64,000 bases of DNA from Dehalococcoidia bacterium (GCA_963555985.3 OY820591.1:736001-800000); one strand, 5' to 3'. Shown: positions 9,378 to 20,245, counted from the stretch's first letter. A program made the numbers and translations. The notes: generated by a model not told the origin, from the letters alone.

Positions 9378-10346
9378 ATGTCTGCCGCGAATCCCGCTAG
9401 CTCCCCACTGGGTAAGTTCCCGCCTGAGTTGCTATTCGCGGCTCTCGGCGGCGCTGCCGACGACCGCGTGATCCAGGGGCCCGGGCCTGGACTGGACGCG
9501 GCGATCATCGAATGGGACGGGCGCGGGCTGGCGGCGACGTCCGATCCGATTACGTTCGTGGACACCGACGCCGGGCGGCTCGCGGTCACGGTGAATGCGA
9601 ACGACATCTGGGCGGTTGGCGCGGAGCCGGAGTGGTTGCTGGCCACGATTCTCGCGCCGCCGGACGCGACTGCTGAGCAAGTCGCGGCGTTGCTCGCTGA
9701 GTTGCAACTGGCCTGCGACGAGGCTGCGATCGCGCTGGTTGGCGGTCACACGGAGGTGACCGATGCGGTCAGGCGAACGGTCGTCTCCTGCACGTTGTTG
9801 GGCAGCGCGCCGTTGGATCGGATCATTCGCTCGGACGGAGCGCACGACGGCGATCTGGTGATTCAGGCCGGGGCGGCGGCGGTGGAGGGGACCGCCATTC
9901 TTGGCCATCCCCGGCTGCTGGAGGATCCGGGCATCAGCATTGCCCGTGCGGCGCGAGCGCTGCGGGCCGTTGATGGCGTCCACGCCATGCATGACGTGAC
10001 CGAGGGCGGCGTTGCGACGGCGGCGCTCGAACTGGGGGAGGCGGCGGGGTTGGGGGTCGCGCTGAGCAAAGACGAGCTGCTCTGGCTGCCGGAGACGCTG
10101 GCGGTCTGTCGAGCGCGCGGCCTGGATCCGCTGGGACTGCTTGCTTCAGGCACGCTGCTGGCGGCAGTGTCGCCCGGTCAGGTCGAATCCGCGTTGTCTG
10201 CGTTGTCGGCTGCCGATGTCTCCGCCGCCGTGATCGGGCGCTTGACGGCGGGGACACCCGCTACACTCACTCACGGCGGCCAGACGCGACCGCTCCTCCG
10301 TTTCACGCGGGACGAGGCGCTTCGGGCATTGGCCGATGCCGACTGA
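9378..10346 (+). CDS. AIR synthase-related (HypE/ThiL-like) protein
   Basis: GPGPGLDAA, SDPITF, NANDI, GGHTEVT, MHDVTEGG; SD gaggagggg before ATG 9378. Confidence 0.88.
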   Translation: MSAANPASSPLGKFPPELLFAALGGAADDRVIQGPGPGLDAAIIEWDGRGLAATSDPITFVDTDAGRLAVTVNANDIWAVGAEPEWLLATILAPPDATAEQVAALLAELQLACDEAAIALVGGHTEVTDAVRRTVVSCTLLGSAPLDRIIRSDGAHDGDLVIQAGAAAVEGTAILGHPRLLEDPGISIARAARALRAVDGVHAMHDVTEGGVATAALELGEAAGLGVALSKDELLWLPETLAVCRARGLDPLGLLASGTLLAAVSPGQVESALSALSAADVSAAVIGRLTAGTPATLTHGGQTRPLLRFTRDEALRALADAD

Positions 10347-10400
10347 TGTGGCGCGGCCACACGCCTGAGACGAATTGGGCAGCAAGGGACAGGAGTCGTC

Positions 10401-11798
10401 GTGAGCGCAGCACCAGCCACCGTGGGACAGCTGAAAGACTCCGGCTACCAATCACGAACAGTCCGTGAAGAAATCCGCGCCAATCTGATCGCGCGCCTGG
10501 AGTCCGGTGAACCCCTCTTTCCCGAGATTCACGGCTACGAAGACACGGTCGTCCCAGCGCTCCAGAACGCGCTGCTCGCCGAACAGGACGTGATCTTCCT
10601 CGGCGAGCGCGGACAGGCCAAGAGCCGCATGATCCGCGCCATCACCAGCCTGCTCGACGACGAATTGCCGGTGCTGGACGGCGTTGAGATCTTCGAGGAC
10701 CCGCTCAGCCCGATCTCGCTCGAAGGCCGGCAACTGGTCGAAGAACAGGGGGACGACGCCCCAATCCGCTGGATCCCCCGCACCGACCGCTACGGCGAGA
10801 AGCTCGCCACCCCCGACATCACCATCGCCGACCTGATTGGCGAGGTCGATCCGATCAAGGTGGCCGAGGGACGCTATCTCTCCGATGAACTCACCATTCA
10901 CTTCGGCCTGATTCCGCGCACCAATCGCGGCATCTTCTGCATCAACGAGTTGCCCGACCTCGCCGAGCGCATCCAGGTCGGTCTGCTCAACATCATGGAA
11001 GAGCGCGACGTCCAGATTCGCGGTTTCCGCGTCCGCCTGCCGCTCGACGTGCTGATCGTCGCCTCCGCCAACCCCGAGGACTACACCAACCGCGGACGTA
11101 TCATCACCCCCCTCAAAGACCGCTACGGCGCTCAGATTCGCACCCACTACCCCAGTGAGCTCGAAACCGAACTTGAAATCGTGCATCAGGAAGCCGCAGT
11201 CACGGGCGCGCCCGGACGCAGCCTCCAGACTCCCAGCTACATGGCCGAAATCGTCGCCGAAATCGTCCGCCTCGCGCGCAAGAGTCCCGATGTCAGCCAG
11301 CGCTCAGGCGTCTCCGTGCGCGCATCTATCTCCGGCTTCGAGACGCTCACCGCAAACGCTATGCGGCGCTCAATCCTGGCCGGCGAGATGCAGGTCTCCC
11401 CTCGCATCTGCGACCTCTGGCACCTCGCGCCGGCGCTGCAAGGCAAGCTCGAACTCGAAACGATCGACGAAGGCGCGGACGAGCGCGTGATCGAGAAACT
11501 AATCGGCGGCGCAGTTGCCCAGGTCTTCGGACGCTACTTCAACGTCGCCGAGCTGGAGCCGGTGGTCGACCAGTTCCGCAGCGGGCTGGCGGTTGAGGTC
11601 GGCGAAAGCCTCGCCGCCGGCGACTACGCCGGCATCGTCCAGCGGATCGAGGGATTGCAGGAGGCGTTGCAGCCGCTTGAGGTAGGTGAGGACACCGCTT
11701 CGCTGGCATCCGCGATCGAGTTCCTGCTTGAAGGCCTGCACCTCAACAAGCGCCTGAACAAAGACGTCGTCGGCAGCCAGATCTTCTACCGCGGCTGA
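10401..11798 (+). CDS. Mg-chelatase subunit I-like AAA+ ATPase (Rv0958-like)
   Basis: GERGQAKS Walker A, INELPDL, SANPEDYTNRGRIITPLKDR. Confidence 0.9.
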   Translation: MSAAPATVGQLKDSGYQSRTVREEIRANLIARLESGEPLFPEIHGYEDTVVPALQNALLAEQDVIFLGERGQAKSRMIRAITSLLDDELPVLDGVEIFEDPLSPISLEGRQLVEEQGDDAPIRWIPRTDRYGEKLATPDITIADLIGEVDPIKVAEGRYLSDELTIHFGLIPRTNRGIFCINELPDLAERIQVGLLNIMEERDVQIRGFRVRLPLDVLIVASANPEDYTNRGRIITPLKDRYGAQIRTHYPSELETELEIVHQEAAVTGAPGRSLQTPSYMAEIVAEIVRLARKSPDVSQRSGVSVRASISGFETLTANAMRRSILAGEMQVSPRICDLWHLAPALQGKLELETIDEGADERVIEKLIGGAVAQVFGRYFNVAELEPVVDQFRSGLAVEVGESLAAGDYAGIVQRIEGLQEALQPLEVGEDTASLASAIEFLLEGLHLNKRLNKDVVGSQIFYRG

Positions 11799-11834
11799 TC
11801 GCACGCCAGCACCCCGCTCGAACGGAGGGCGCTC

Positions 11835-13976
11835 ATGCCCACCCGCTTCCGCTATTCGCAATGGGATGGCAGCCAGGATGTCGAGATGCTCGACGCCGAT
11901 GACGTGCTGCAATCGCTCTCCGACGACCTGCTCAATTTCGGCGACCTGCAACAGGCGCTGCGGAACATGATGCAGCGCGGCATCCGCACGCCCGACGGCG
12001 ACCGCACCGACGGTCTGCGCGATCTCTTGCAGCGGCTGCGCCAGCAGCGCCGGCAAGCGCTGGAGCGGTTTGACCTCTCCTCCGTCTTCGACGACATCCA
12101 GCGCCAGCTGGACGAGATCCTCGATCTGGAACGCGACACCCTTGACGACCGCCTCGATGAAGTCGGCCCGCGCCCTCAACCGCCCACAGGCGCGCCGGAA
12201 CAGAGCGCACAGCCCGCGCCGACCGGCCAGCAGCAATCCGCCGAGCAGCAGGCCGGCCAACAACAGCAAGCCCAACCGCAAGCGCTCACCGACGACGAGA
12301 TGGAGCGGCTCAAGGAAGCCCTGCGTCAGCGCCTCGAGCGCAAGCAGGACCAACTCGAGCAGCTACCCGAAGACGCCCCCGGCCAGATTAAGGACCTCCA
12401 GGAGTACGAGTTCGAGAACGACGAGGCGCGCGAAAAGTACCAGGAACTCCTCGAACAACTGAAGCAGGCGATGATGAATCGCTTCTTCAACGACATGTCG
12501 CAGATGCTCCAGGGCATGTCCGACGCCGACATGGACGCAATGCGGCAGATGCTCCAGGACCTCAACGAGATGCTGGAGCGTCAGCGGCGGGGCGAGGATC
12601 CGCGCTTTGACGAGTTCATGGACAAGTACGGCGATATGTTCGGCGACGATCCGCCGCAGTCGCTGGAAGAGCTGGTTGAGCAGATGCAGCGGCAAGCGTC
12701 GCAGATGCAGAATCTGCTCGACTCATTGCCCGGCGAAATGCGCCAACAGCTCCAAGGCCTGATGGAACAGCGCATGGGCGAGATGGGAATGCAGAACGAG
12801 CTGATGCAGCTCGCCCAGAACCTCGAAGCGCTCTACCCCATGCGCGACATGCGCAACCAGTACCCGTTCCGCGGCACCGAAGAGCTCGATCTTCAGGCCG
12901 CCATGAACCTGATGGGCGATATGCAGCGGCTCGACGAGATGGAGCGAGCGCTGGAACAGGTGCAGTACGGCGGCGATATCAACAGCATCGATCCCGACGA
13001 GTTGGAGGAACTGCTGGGCGAGGAGTCACGCGAGATCCTCGAGCAACTCCAGCAACTACTCGAACTTCTGGAAGAAGCCGGCTACATCCAGAAGAGCGGC
13101 AACAGCTGGGAACTGACCCCGCGAGGCAACCGCCGCATCGGCGAAAAGGCGCTCGCCGAGATCTACGCCAACCTCAAGCAACAGACCTTCGGCAAGCACA
13201 ACATCCCCGAACAGGGCCGCTACGGCGATCGCGCCGACGATACGAAGGCGTACGAGTTCGGCGATCCGTTCCACCTGCACCTGAAGGAGACGATCTCGAA
13301 CGCGATCTTCCGCACCGCGCCCGAAGGCGGGCCGCAGGTCCCGGTCAATCTGCACCCTGACGACTTTGAGGTCTACCGCTCCGAAACACTCACCCAGACC
13401 GCCACCGTAGTCATGCTCGATCTGTCCTGGTCGATGGCGCTGCGCGGCTCGTTCCAGGCCGCCAAGAAGGTGGCGATGGCGCTCAACAACCTGATCCGGA
13501 TGCAATACCCGCGTGACTCGCTCTACCTCGTCGGATTCTCCGCCTACGCGCGCGAACTCAAGGCCGATCAACTGCCCTACGTGCGCTGGGACGAGACCGT
13601 GCTCGGCACCAACATGCACCACGCCCTGCTGATCGCCCAGCAGCTCCTGGGCAAGCACAAAGTCGGTACCCGCCAGATCATCATGATCACCGACGGCGAA
13701 CCGACCGCCCACCTCGAACACGGCCGCAGCTACTTCGCCTATCCGCCCAGCCCGGTCACGATCCGCGAAACGCTCAAGGAAGTGCGGCACTGCACGAAGA
13801 AAGACATCGTGATCAACATCTTCATGCTCGATCGCAGCTACTACCTCAAGGAATTCGTCGATCGGGTGGCGCGGATCAATCGGGGGCGGGTGTTCTACAG
13901 CACGCCGGACGTGCTGGGCGAATACCTGCTGCACGACTTCGTGACGCACCGGCGCAAGACACTGTCGCGCTCGTAG
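11835..13976 (+). CDS. VWA-domain protein (Rv0959-like), AAA partner
   Basis: RYSQWDGSQ start, coiled region, MIDAS DLSWSM, GTNMHHAL, ITDGEPTAH. Confidence 0.9.
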   Translation: MPTRFRYSQWDGSQDVEMLDADDVLQSLSDDLLNFGDLQQALRNMMQRGIRTPDGDRTDGLRDLLQRLRQQRRQALERFDLSSVFDDIQRQLDEILDLERDTLDDRLDEVGPRPQPPTGAPEQSAQPAPTGQQQSAEQQAGQQQQAQPQALTDDEMERLKEALRQRLERKQDQLEQLPEDAPGQIKDLQEYEFENDEAREKYQELLEQLKQAMMNRFFNDMSQMLQGMSDADMDAMRQMLQDLNEMLERQRRGEDPRFDEFMDKYGDMFGDDPPQSLEELVEQMQRQASQMQNLLDSLPGEMRQQLQGLMEQRMGEMGMQNELMQLAQNLEALYPMRDMRNQYPFRGTEELDLQAAMNLMGDMQRLDEMERALEQVQYGGDINSIDPDELEELLGEESREILEQLQQLLELLEEAGYIQKSGNSWELTPRGNRRIGEKALAEIYANLKQQTFGKHNIPEQGRYGDRADDTKAYEFGDPFHLHLKETISNAIFRTAPEGGPQVPVNLHPDDFEVYRSETLTQTATVVMLDLSWSMALRGSFQAAKKVAMALNNLIRMQYPRDSLYLVGFSAYARELKADQLPYVRWDETVLGTNMHHALLIAQQLLGKHKVGTRQIIMITDGEPTAHLEHGRSYFAYPPSPVTIRETLKEVRHCTKKDIVINIFMLDRSYYLKEFVDRVARINRGRVFYSTPDVLGEYLLHDFVTHRRKTLSRS

Positions 13977-14011
13977 TCGGCAGGCAGAACGCGGGGCGGT
14001 TCGCGCGACGC

Positions 14012-14422
14012 CTAGGTTGGGGACAGCCCCAGGACCAGGTCGCGCAGGGTGACCAGACCGAGAGGCGCGCCTTCGTCGTCGATCACCAGCGCGCGGGATA
14101 CGCGAAACTGCACCAGCAGCCGCACCGCGTAGCGCGCAAGCATCCCCGAGCGCACAGTCAGCGCCGGCTTCGACATGATCTCGTAGACATTGACCCGCTC
14201 GGGCGCGCGATCGAGGGTGATCACCTCCCGCGCCAGGTCGCTGACCGTGACGAGCCCCAACTCGTCGTCGTCGTGCCGCCGGTTCACCACCAGCGAACTG
14301 ATCTGTAGCTGCTTCATCGCCGCCATCGCCTCGGCCGCCGTCGCCAGCCCGTCAACGGTGTGCAGCTTCGTGCCCATCAGGTCGGACACGCGGATCGGCG
14401 GCTGGTCGCTCTGATTGGTCAT
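14012..14422 (-). CDS. CBS-domain protein
   Basis: VSDLM, ISSLVV...GLVTVSDL, VYEIMSKP, GLVTLRDLV. Confidence 0.88.
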   Translation of the reverse strand: MTNQSDQPPIRVSDLMGTKLHTVDGLATAAEAMAAMKQLQISSLVVNRRHDDDELGLVTVSDLAREVITLDRAPERVNVYEIMSKPALTVRSGMLARYAVRLLVQFRVSRALVIDDEGAPLGLVTLRDLVLGLSPT

Positions 14423-14769
14423 TGGGCTTCTTCCAACTCTTCCATCAGCTTGGGCAACTGGGTCGAGAGGCCAACCGCGTCCTCGATCGTGATCTGAAAG
14501 GCGACGCCGTCGCCATGCTCACGATCCATGCCGCCGGCCGCTGCAATGCGCTCGAGGATGTTCCGCGCCCGCGGCTCCGCCACCAGGAACAGCACCATGT
14601 TCCGCCGTGCCGTCAGATCCAGCCCCAGAAAGGTCTTCTCCGGCCGCAGTCCCTCGCCGCGCACGCCGCTGATGATCGTGTCGCCCGTTGCGCCGCCCGC
14701 CCGCGCCGCATCGATAACCTCGGTTGTCTTGTCGTCGCTGACCAGCGCGACGACCAGCGCCATCTTCAT
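14419..14769 (-). CDS. P-II-like regulator
   Basis: AARAGGATGDTII..RGEG...FLG, GDGVAFQITIEDAVG; real start MKMALV overlaps upstream stop. Confidence 0.85.
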   Translation of the reverse strand: MKMALVVALVSDDKTTEVIDAARAGGATGDTIISGVRGEGLRPEKTFLGLDLTARRNMVLFLVAEPRARNILERIAAAGGMDREHGDGVAFQITIEDAVGLSTQLPKLMEELEEAQ

Positions 14770-15548
14770 AGTTCCACCTCCTGTTGCTCCTTCCGCTTGC
14801 GCCAGCGCTGCGCCCAGTCGGCGGCAATGGCATAGCCTAGTACCGAGATGATCGGGAAGACACTGGCGAACGCGATCAGTCCAAAGCCGTCGATCAGCGG
14901 GCTGCGCCCCGGTACGTTGGCGGCCAGTCCCAGCCCGAGGGCAGCCACTACCGGCACCGTCACGGTCGAGGTCGTGACGCCCCCGCTGTCGTAGGCCAGC
15001 GGGACGATCATGCGGCTGCTCAGGTACGTCTGCACGATGACGATCACGTAGGCCCCCAGGATGTACCACAGCAGCGACGTGCCCGTCACGATCCGGAAGC
15101 AGCCCAGCGCCACGCCCACGGCCACCCCCACCGCCACGGCGATCCGCAGGCCCCAGGCATTCACCGCGCCGCTGGAAACCTCCTCGGCCTTCAGGCCCAC
15201 CGCGATCAGCGACGGCTCGGCCACGGTTGTGGCGAAACCGATCGCCCCCGCGAAGAGATAGACCAGCCAGTAGTCCTCCCACCGCACCGCGCCCGCCAGC
15301 GCCCGCGCCTCCTCTGTCAGCTGGCGCGCCATCGTCTCCCCGATTGGGAACAGCGCCTGGTCCAGTCCGATCAGGAACAGCGCTAGTCCTAGCAAGACCA
15401 TCACCGACCCGGTGACGATGCCCCTGATGTTGGGGGGCTTGCGCCGCAGTACCGCCAACTGGAACACCACAAGGATGATGATGATCGGCGACACGTCTCG
15501 AAGCGTGTACATCAGGGTTTCCCCGAACAGCGCGAGCGACTCCAGCAT
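14766..15548 (-). CDS. DUF1538 membrane protein
   Basis: [36 protein letters not shown]. Confidence 0.88.
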   Translation of the reverse strand: MLESLALFGETLMYTLRDVSPIIIILVVFQLAVLRRKPPNIRGIVTGSVMVLLGLALFLIGLDQALFPIGETMARQLTEEARALAGAVRWEDYWLVYLFAGAIGFATTVAEPSLIAVGLKAEEVSSGAVNAWGLRIAVAVGVAVGVALGCFRIVTGTSLLWYILGAYVIVIVQTYLSSRMIVPLAYDSGGVTTSTVTVPVVAALGLGLAANVPGRSPLIDGFGLIAFASVFPIISVLGYAIAADWAQRWRKRKEQQEVEL

Positions 15549-16261
15549 CAGGACACCATCCCATAGCCCAGCACGCAGATCATCGGCATGAGACTGGCGA
15601 ACGCGATCAGGCCGAAGCCGTCGAGCATCGGGTTGCGCCCGCGGATCGCGGAGGCCAGCCCCACGCCCAGCGCCGTGATCAACGGCACCGTGATCGTGCT
15701 GGTCGTCACCCCGCCCGAGTCGTAGGCCACGCCCACGATCTCCTCGGGCGCGAACACGGTTATCACCATGACCACGATGTAGCCGCCGATGATGAACCGG
15801 TGAATCGGCCAACCCTTGAGAATGCGCAACACTCCCAGGACGATCGCGAGGCCAACGGCGACCGCGACCACCACGCGCAACTCCAGCGCGTACCGGTCCT
15901 GGGCAGCCTGGCTGTAGCCGATGAATCTCGCCTCGGCCGCCACTTCAGCCGCCTCGGCCGCCACCGCGATCAGGGCCGGCTCCGCGACCGTCGTGCCGAA
16001 CCCGAGACTGAAGGCCAGCGCCAGCAACGCCGCCGTGCTTCCCTTCTGCGCCATCCCCTGCGCCAGCGCCTCGCCCAGCGGGAACAGCCCACTCTCCAGG
16101 CCCTGAATGAACAACGCCAGCCCCGCGACGACGCACACCAGCCCGACCACCACGTTGACCACATCGGGAAACGGTTCTCGCACCACCACTACTTGGAAGA
16201 AGACGATCACCGCGATGATCGGGAGCAAATCTCGAACGGCGCCCAGGACGCGCTTCGCCAT
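15548..16261 (-). CDS. DUF1538 membrane protein (paralog)
   Basis: [36 protein letters not shown]; start approximate. Confidence 0.85.
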   Translation of the reverse strand: MAKRVLGAVRDLLPIIAVIVFFQVVVVREPFPDVVNVVVGLVCVVAGLALFIQGLESGLFPLGEALAQGMAQKGSTAALLALAFSLGFGTTVAEPALIAVAAEAAEVAAEARFIGYSQAAQDRYALELRVVVAVAVGLAIVLGVLRILKGWPIHRFIIGGYIVVMVITVFAPEEIVGVAYDSGGVTTSTITVPLITALGVGLASAIRGRNPMLDGFGLIAFASLMPMICVLGYGMVS

Positions 16262-16441
16262 GGTCAGCGCGAAACGCAGCAAATCATACTCCTCGCGCGC
16301 GGCTGCACGATACGCAGCGGCTGCGAACGGGTCAAGCGCCAATCGACGCCGCGAGCCGACCGGCATCTCCATCTGCAGCGCGGAGGGAGAACAGAGCGTC
16401 GTTCGGTACCCTGCTTGAATGAGTTCGATGGGATGGGATGC

Positions 16442-17260
16442 GTGAAGGCGCGAGCACAATCGGTACGCGCCTACGTCACCGCGCCGCTGCGACTGATCTG
16501 GCGGCTGATCCGGCGTGTGGCTCCGCTCGCGCCCGACGAGGCCCTGCATCGGATGGTCTGGGCCTTCCTGAGCCTCACCCTGACCGCAGGGTTAGGTGTC
16601 GTTGGCTACGTCGTGATCGACGATTTCTCGCCGTTTGATGCGCTCTACCAAACGTTGCTGACTCTGACCACGGTCGGCTTCCAAGAGCTCTACCCGCTCA
16701 GCCGGGGAGCGCGGATCTTCACGGTCTTCCTGATGGTGTTTGGGGTCGGTATCGCGCTCTATCTGCTCGCCGCAATCGCTACGCTGCTGCTGGAGGGCGA
16801 TCTCTACCGTGATGTGGAGGAACGGAGAAAACGTCGCATGATCGAGCGCATGACCGGACACACGGTCTTCGTTGGGGCCGGGCGAATGGGCAGCCGTCTG
16901 GCTGATGTCGCAGAGCAGGCCGGCGATTCGTTCGTCATCATCGAACACGACGCCGACGCTGCTCAGGCCGCCCGCGACCGCGGTTGGACCGTCTTTCAGG
17001 GCGATGCCGAGCAGGTGCCGGTGCTGAGCGCGGCTGGAGTGGAACGCGCAGGCGCCATCTTCGTGGTGACCGGAGAAGACTCGACCAACGCGATGGTCAC
17101 GCTCCGCGTGAGAGAAATCGCGCCGGAGCTGCACGCGACGGTGCGCTGCAACCAGCCGGGCGTCGAACAGGCCATGCGCACCGCCGGCGCAAACGACGTG
17201 CTTTCGCCGATTGAGATGGTCGTCGAGCGGGTGGCCGCGGCACGAGCAAACCGGAGCTAA
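16442..17260 (+). CDS. 2-TM potassium channel-like protein with TrkA-N (RCK) domain
   Basis: [17 protein letters not shown] pore helix/filter, [11 protein letters not shown] Rossmann, GDA...L.AAGVERA; start approximate. Confidence 0.85.
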   Translation: MKARAQSVRAYVTAPLRLIWRLIRRVAPLAPDEALHRMVWAFLSLTLTAGLGVVGYVVIDDFSPFDALYQTLLTLTTVGFQELYPLSRGARIFTVFLMVFGVGIALYLLAAIATLLLEGDLYRDVEERRKRRMIERMTGHTVFVGAGRMGSRLADVAEQAGDSFVIIEHDADAAQAARDRGWTVFQGDAEQVPVLSAAGVERAGAIFVVTGEDSTNAMVTLRVREIAPELHATVRCNQPGVEQAMRTAGANDVLSPIEMVVERVAAARANRS

Positions 17261-17266
17261 TCGCCG

Positions 17267-17779
17267 CTAGTGCAGCTCGCGCCAGACGGCCCAGCGCTTC
17301 GCGAACATCCTCAACCCGGCCCGGTAAGCGAAGCCCTGCACGAGCACGTTGCCGAAGAACACCCCAGCGAAGTATCCGCCGAGTACGAGCACGATGATCG
17401 CAAACACCTTGGTCCAGCCGGGCAGCAACAGAATCATCAGGATCGACAGTCCGGTCGCGAGCAGGATGCCCGTCCACGCCGCCAGGTGTACGTAGAGTCC
17501 TTCGCGCTTGCGCTTGGCCACATAAATCTGCGCGAGCTCGCGGTCGATCTTGTCGACGGCGGGCGTGTGTTCGGTAGTTTCGCTGCAAACACCGCAGGAC
17601 TCTTCCTGTCCCAGCGGAGCCGAACAATATCCGCAAAAGCGCCCGAGGTTCGGTGCACGGCCGGCTCGAATCTCCGCGATCAGTTCGTCCAGCTCCGACG
17701 AGAACGGCACCTCGTGCGTCGGCACGAACTGACCGTTGTCGAAGGTGGGTTCCGGGACCGTCGCGGCGCGGGCCATCAA
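17267..17779 (-). CDS. Hypothetical membrane protein with zinc ribbon
   Basis: CGYC...CGVC followed by two TM helices; coupled to upstream VOC gene. Confidence 0.7.
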   Translation of the reverse strand: MMARAATVPEPTFDNGQFVPTHEVPFSSELDELIAEIRAGRAPNLGRFCGYCSAPLGQEESCGVCSETTEHTPAVDKIDRELAQIYVAKRKREGLYVHLAAWTGILLATGLSILMILLLPGWTKVFAIIVLVLGGYFAGVFFGNVLVQGFAYRAGLRMFAKRWAVWRELH

Positions 17780-17780
17780 G

Positions 17781-18278
17781 CTACTCCGGCCAGTCGGCCG
17801 GACGCCGGCCGGGCAACCATGAGTAGAGCTGAATCAGCACACCGCCGGTGTCGCGCGGATGAATGAAGAACTGGCTCCACTCGAAATCGCTGAATGGCTC
17901 CGAGATCGGCTCGATCTCCAGTTCTTCGCGCACGTACCGATACGCCTGCTCCGCGTCTTCGACCTCGATCGTGATGTGGTGCATTCCGGGCCCGCGCGTA
18001 TCCAGGAAGCGCTTCATAAACGAGGATTCATCCCAGGGGCCGATGATCTCAAGTCCCATCTGCCGCTTCGGGAAATGAAACTGAGCGACCCGAAATCCCT
18101 CGTCCTGGCTCAACGTCCAGTGGTCGAGCTCCAGTCCAAACAGCTTCTGCCAAAACGTCGCCGCCCGCCCCGGATCCTCCGCAGCAATGGCGACGTGATC
18201 AAACCGCACCCAGCCGATCCCACCCTTGCCGCGCCGGCTGGGAGTCCCCTCGTGACCGCTGGGTGATGCACTCGCCAT
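17781..18278 (-). CDS. VOC-family protein (methylmalonyl-CoA epimerase-like)
   Basis: FDHVAIA, FLDTRGPGMHHITIEV, FFIHPRDTGGVLIQL. Confidence 0.85.
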   Translation of the reverse strand: MASASPSGHEGTPSRRGKGGIGWVRFDHVAIAAEDPGRAATFWQKLFGLELDHWTLSQDEGFRVAQFHFPKRQMGLEIIGPWDESSFMKRFLDTRGPGMHHITIEVEDAEQAYRYVREELEIEPISEPFSDFEWSQFFIHPRDTGGVLIQLYSWLPGRRPADWPE

Positions 18279-18355
18279 ACCAACCTCCCAAGCGAATGGT
18301 AGCTGTCGCTCGGCGGCGAGCGTAATCGCGGGACGAGGCAGCGTATCCTGCACTC

Positions 18356-19345
18356 ATGTCACAGCCACTTGAGATTCGTCCTGGCTCGGTCGTATTCGTG
18401 ATCAATCCCCGCGCCGGGGGAGGTGGGCAGGTGCGTACGATCGCGGAAGCGTGTCGGTGGGCGTCGCGGCGCGCGGGTCTCGATGGCGTGATCGCGCCTA
18501 CGCAGTCGCCTGAGCACGCGGCGCAAGTGGCGGCGGCCGCTCACTCAGCCGGCGCCGCTGCGATCTTCGGCTGCGGCGGAGACGGCACGCTCGCAGCCAT
18601 CCTCCAGGGACTGCCCGCAGGATCGCCGACAGCGCTCGGAGCGATGCCGCTGGGGACGGCGAACGTCTGGGTCGACGAGACCAGAATCCCGCGTCAGCCC
18701 GTCCGCGCGCTTGAGGCCCAGTTAGACGTCCTCAACGGTATGCGCGGCGCAACGCTGTGGGCTGATACCGGGCGCATTCATACGCCCGATCACAGTCGCC
18801 GCTTCCTGCTCATGGCGGGCTTTGGTCTCGACGCCGCAGCCGTCGCCGGAATCGTTGCCAGCAGGCGCCGCCAGCGCCTGAAACGGCTCATCGGCGAGCC
18901 GATCTACTTCTTCTCGGCTGTGAGCGAAGCGATCGGCCAATCCGGTTGGCGCGTGCGCATGAGTATTGACGGCGGCCCGCCCCAAGACGCCGAAATCGGG
19001 ATGCTTACGGTCGGCAACACCCGTCAGATCGGTACTTGGCTCGAAATCAATCCCCGCGCCGTCGCAACGGATGGAATGCTCGACGTGATCCTCGTGGACG
19101 CCCCGCCCTGGCGGGCGCTCGCACTTGCCCCCCTCGCGCGAAACGGCCTGATGGTCGAGAGCCCCGGCGTGCGCCACCTGCGCCTCCGCAAGCTGGAGTT
19201 GTGGCCGCTCGGCACGCCCCCGCCTTGCCAGGTCGACGGCGATCCGGGTCCAACTGGCGTTCATACCATCGAGATCGAACCCTACTCGTTGAGAATCCTC
19301 TCCCCCAATCCCGATGCCCCAGTCCTCGCAGGCGACTTGGCATAA
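18356..19345 (+). CDS. Diacylglycerol/lipid kinase family protein
   Basis: INPRAG, GGDGT, PLGTAN, GFGLDA, DGMLDV, QVDGD. Confidence 0.9.
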   Translation: MSQPLEIRPGSVVFVINPRAGGGGQVRTIAEACRWASRRAGLDGVIAPTQSPEHAAQVAAAAHSAGAAAIFGCGGDGTLAAILQGLPAGSPTALGAMPLGTANVWVDETRIPRQPVRALEAQLDVLNGMRGATLWADTGRIHTPDHSRRFLLMAGFGLDAAAVAGIVASRRRQRLKRLIGEPIYFFSAVSEAIGQSGWRVRMSIDGGPPQDAEIGMLTVGNTRQIGTWLEINPRAVATDGMLDVILVDAPPWRALALAPLARNGLMVESPGVRHLRLRKLELWPLGTPPPCQVDGDPGPTGVHTIEIEPYSLRILSPNPDAPVLAGDLA

Positions 19346-19474
19346 CCGCGTCGGTCTCAAAGCTCCTCTGCACAGTCCCGATTCCCCCACGAACACCGAT
19401 GCGTAACCAGAGCTCGCTCCTCTTCCCCTTACATCTTCGGGACATCTGACCGCTGTGTCGCGGCGGGACGAGGA

Positions 19475-20245
19475 TCAGCCTTCCCGCAGCCGCCGCAGTT
19501 CCTCCTCCAATTCCCGCACCCGCGCTTCCGCCGCCAACCGCCCCTCCTCTGCCGCCAACCGCCCCTCCTCGGCTACCAACCGCCCCTCCTCGGCTACCAA
19601 CCGCCCCTCCCGCTCAGCCAAGCGGCCTTCCCGCTCCGCGTCGAAGGTAGGGATGTGCTCACCCGTCGCCGGGTCGTACCAACCGAGCGCGCCCTGCTTC
19701 CAGCGCAGCCAGAGACCCAAGGCCTCGCTCTCGCCTTGCAAGACGCCCGCTGACAACTCCACGATCGGGATCGGCTCGTAGCGCTCGCCGACCAGGCGGT
19801 CGCCGGCCAAACGCGCGCCGTGCCACTCGCCGCTGTGGTCGAAGCGCCAGTACTCGCGCACGCCCAGGGCGGCGTAGTCGCGCCGCTTGTCGACCGTGTC
19901 GATCTTCGCCGTGCTGGGCGAAGCGACCTCGAGGATGAAGTCGGGCGGCTTGCCCTGGTCGGCGATCACGTAGCCGTTCTGCGCGTAGTACAGCTCGGGA
20001 TCGACATCGAAGGCGATCAGCAGGTCGGGCACCCGCCGCCGCGAGCCGCGAGCGGCGACGAGGTAGCGCTCCGCGCTGACGAGCGTCGTCTCGGGCTGGG
20101 CGAAATGCTGCGCCAGGAAATGCGGGTTGCCGGTCAGATGGACGTAGTCGTAAGAAGTCACTTCGTCGGGATTCCGCTCCGGCGGTTCCGGCAGGCGGAA
20201 GCGGACCAAGGTTTGGGCGGTGGATGAGGCATCGGCAGTGGACAT
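19475..20245 (-). CDS. Uma2-family endonuclease with heptad-repeat tail
   Basis: PDLLIAF, KPPDFILEVASPST...D...KR..YA.LGVREYWRFD; (AE.EGRL)n tail. Confidence 0.9.
   Translation of the reverse strand: MSTADASSTAQTLVRFRLPEPPERNPDEVTSYDYVHLTGNPHFLAQHFAQPETTLVSAERYLVAARGSRRRVPDLLIAFDVDPELYYAQNGYVIADQGKPPDFILEVASPSTAKIDTVDKRRDYAALGVREYWRFDHSGEWHGARLAGDRLVGERYEPIPIVELSAGVLQGESEALGLWLRWKQGALGWYDPATGEHIPTFDAEREGRLAEREGRLVAEEGRLVAEEGRLAAEEGRLAAEARVRELEEELRRLREG
19530..19640 (-). repeat. 21-bp tandem repeats in the Uma2 tail
   Basis: About five copies of gcc/ggctaccaaccgcccctcctc-type unit. Confidence 0.8.

Noticed and set aside
10401-11798. Chlorophyll/cobalamin chelatase function
   Set aside because: No chelatase H/N subunit nearby; pairing with a VWA gene fits the generic Rv0958/Rv0959-type chaperone pair
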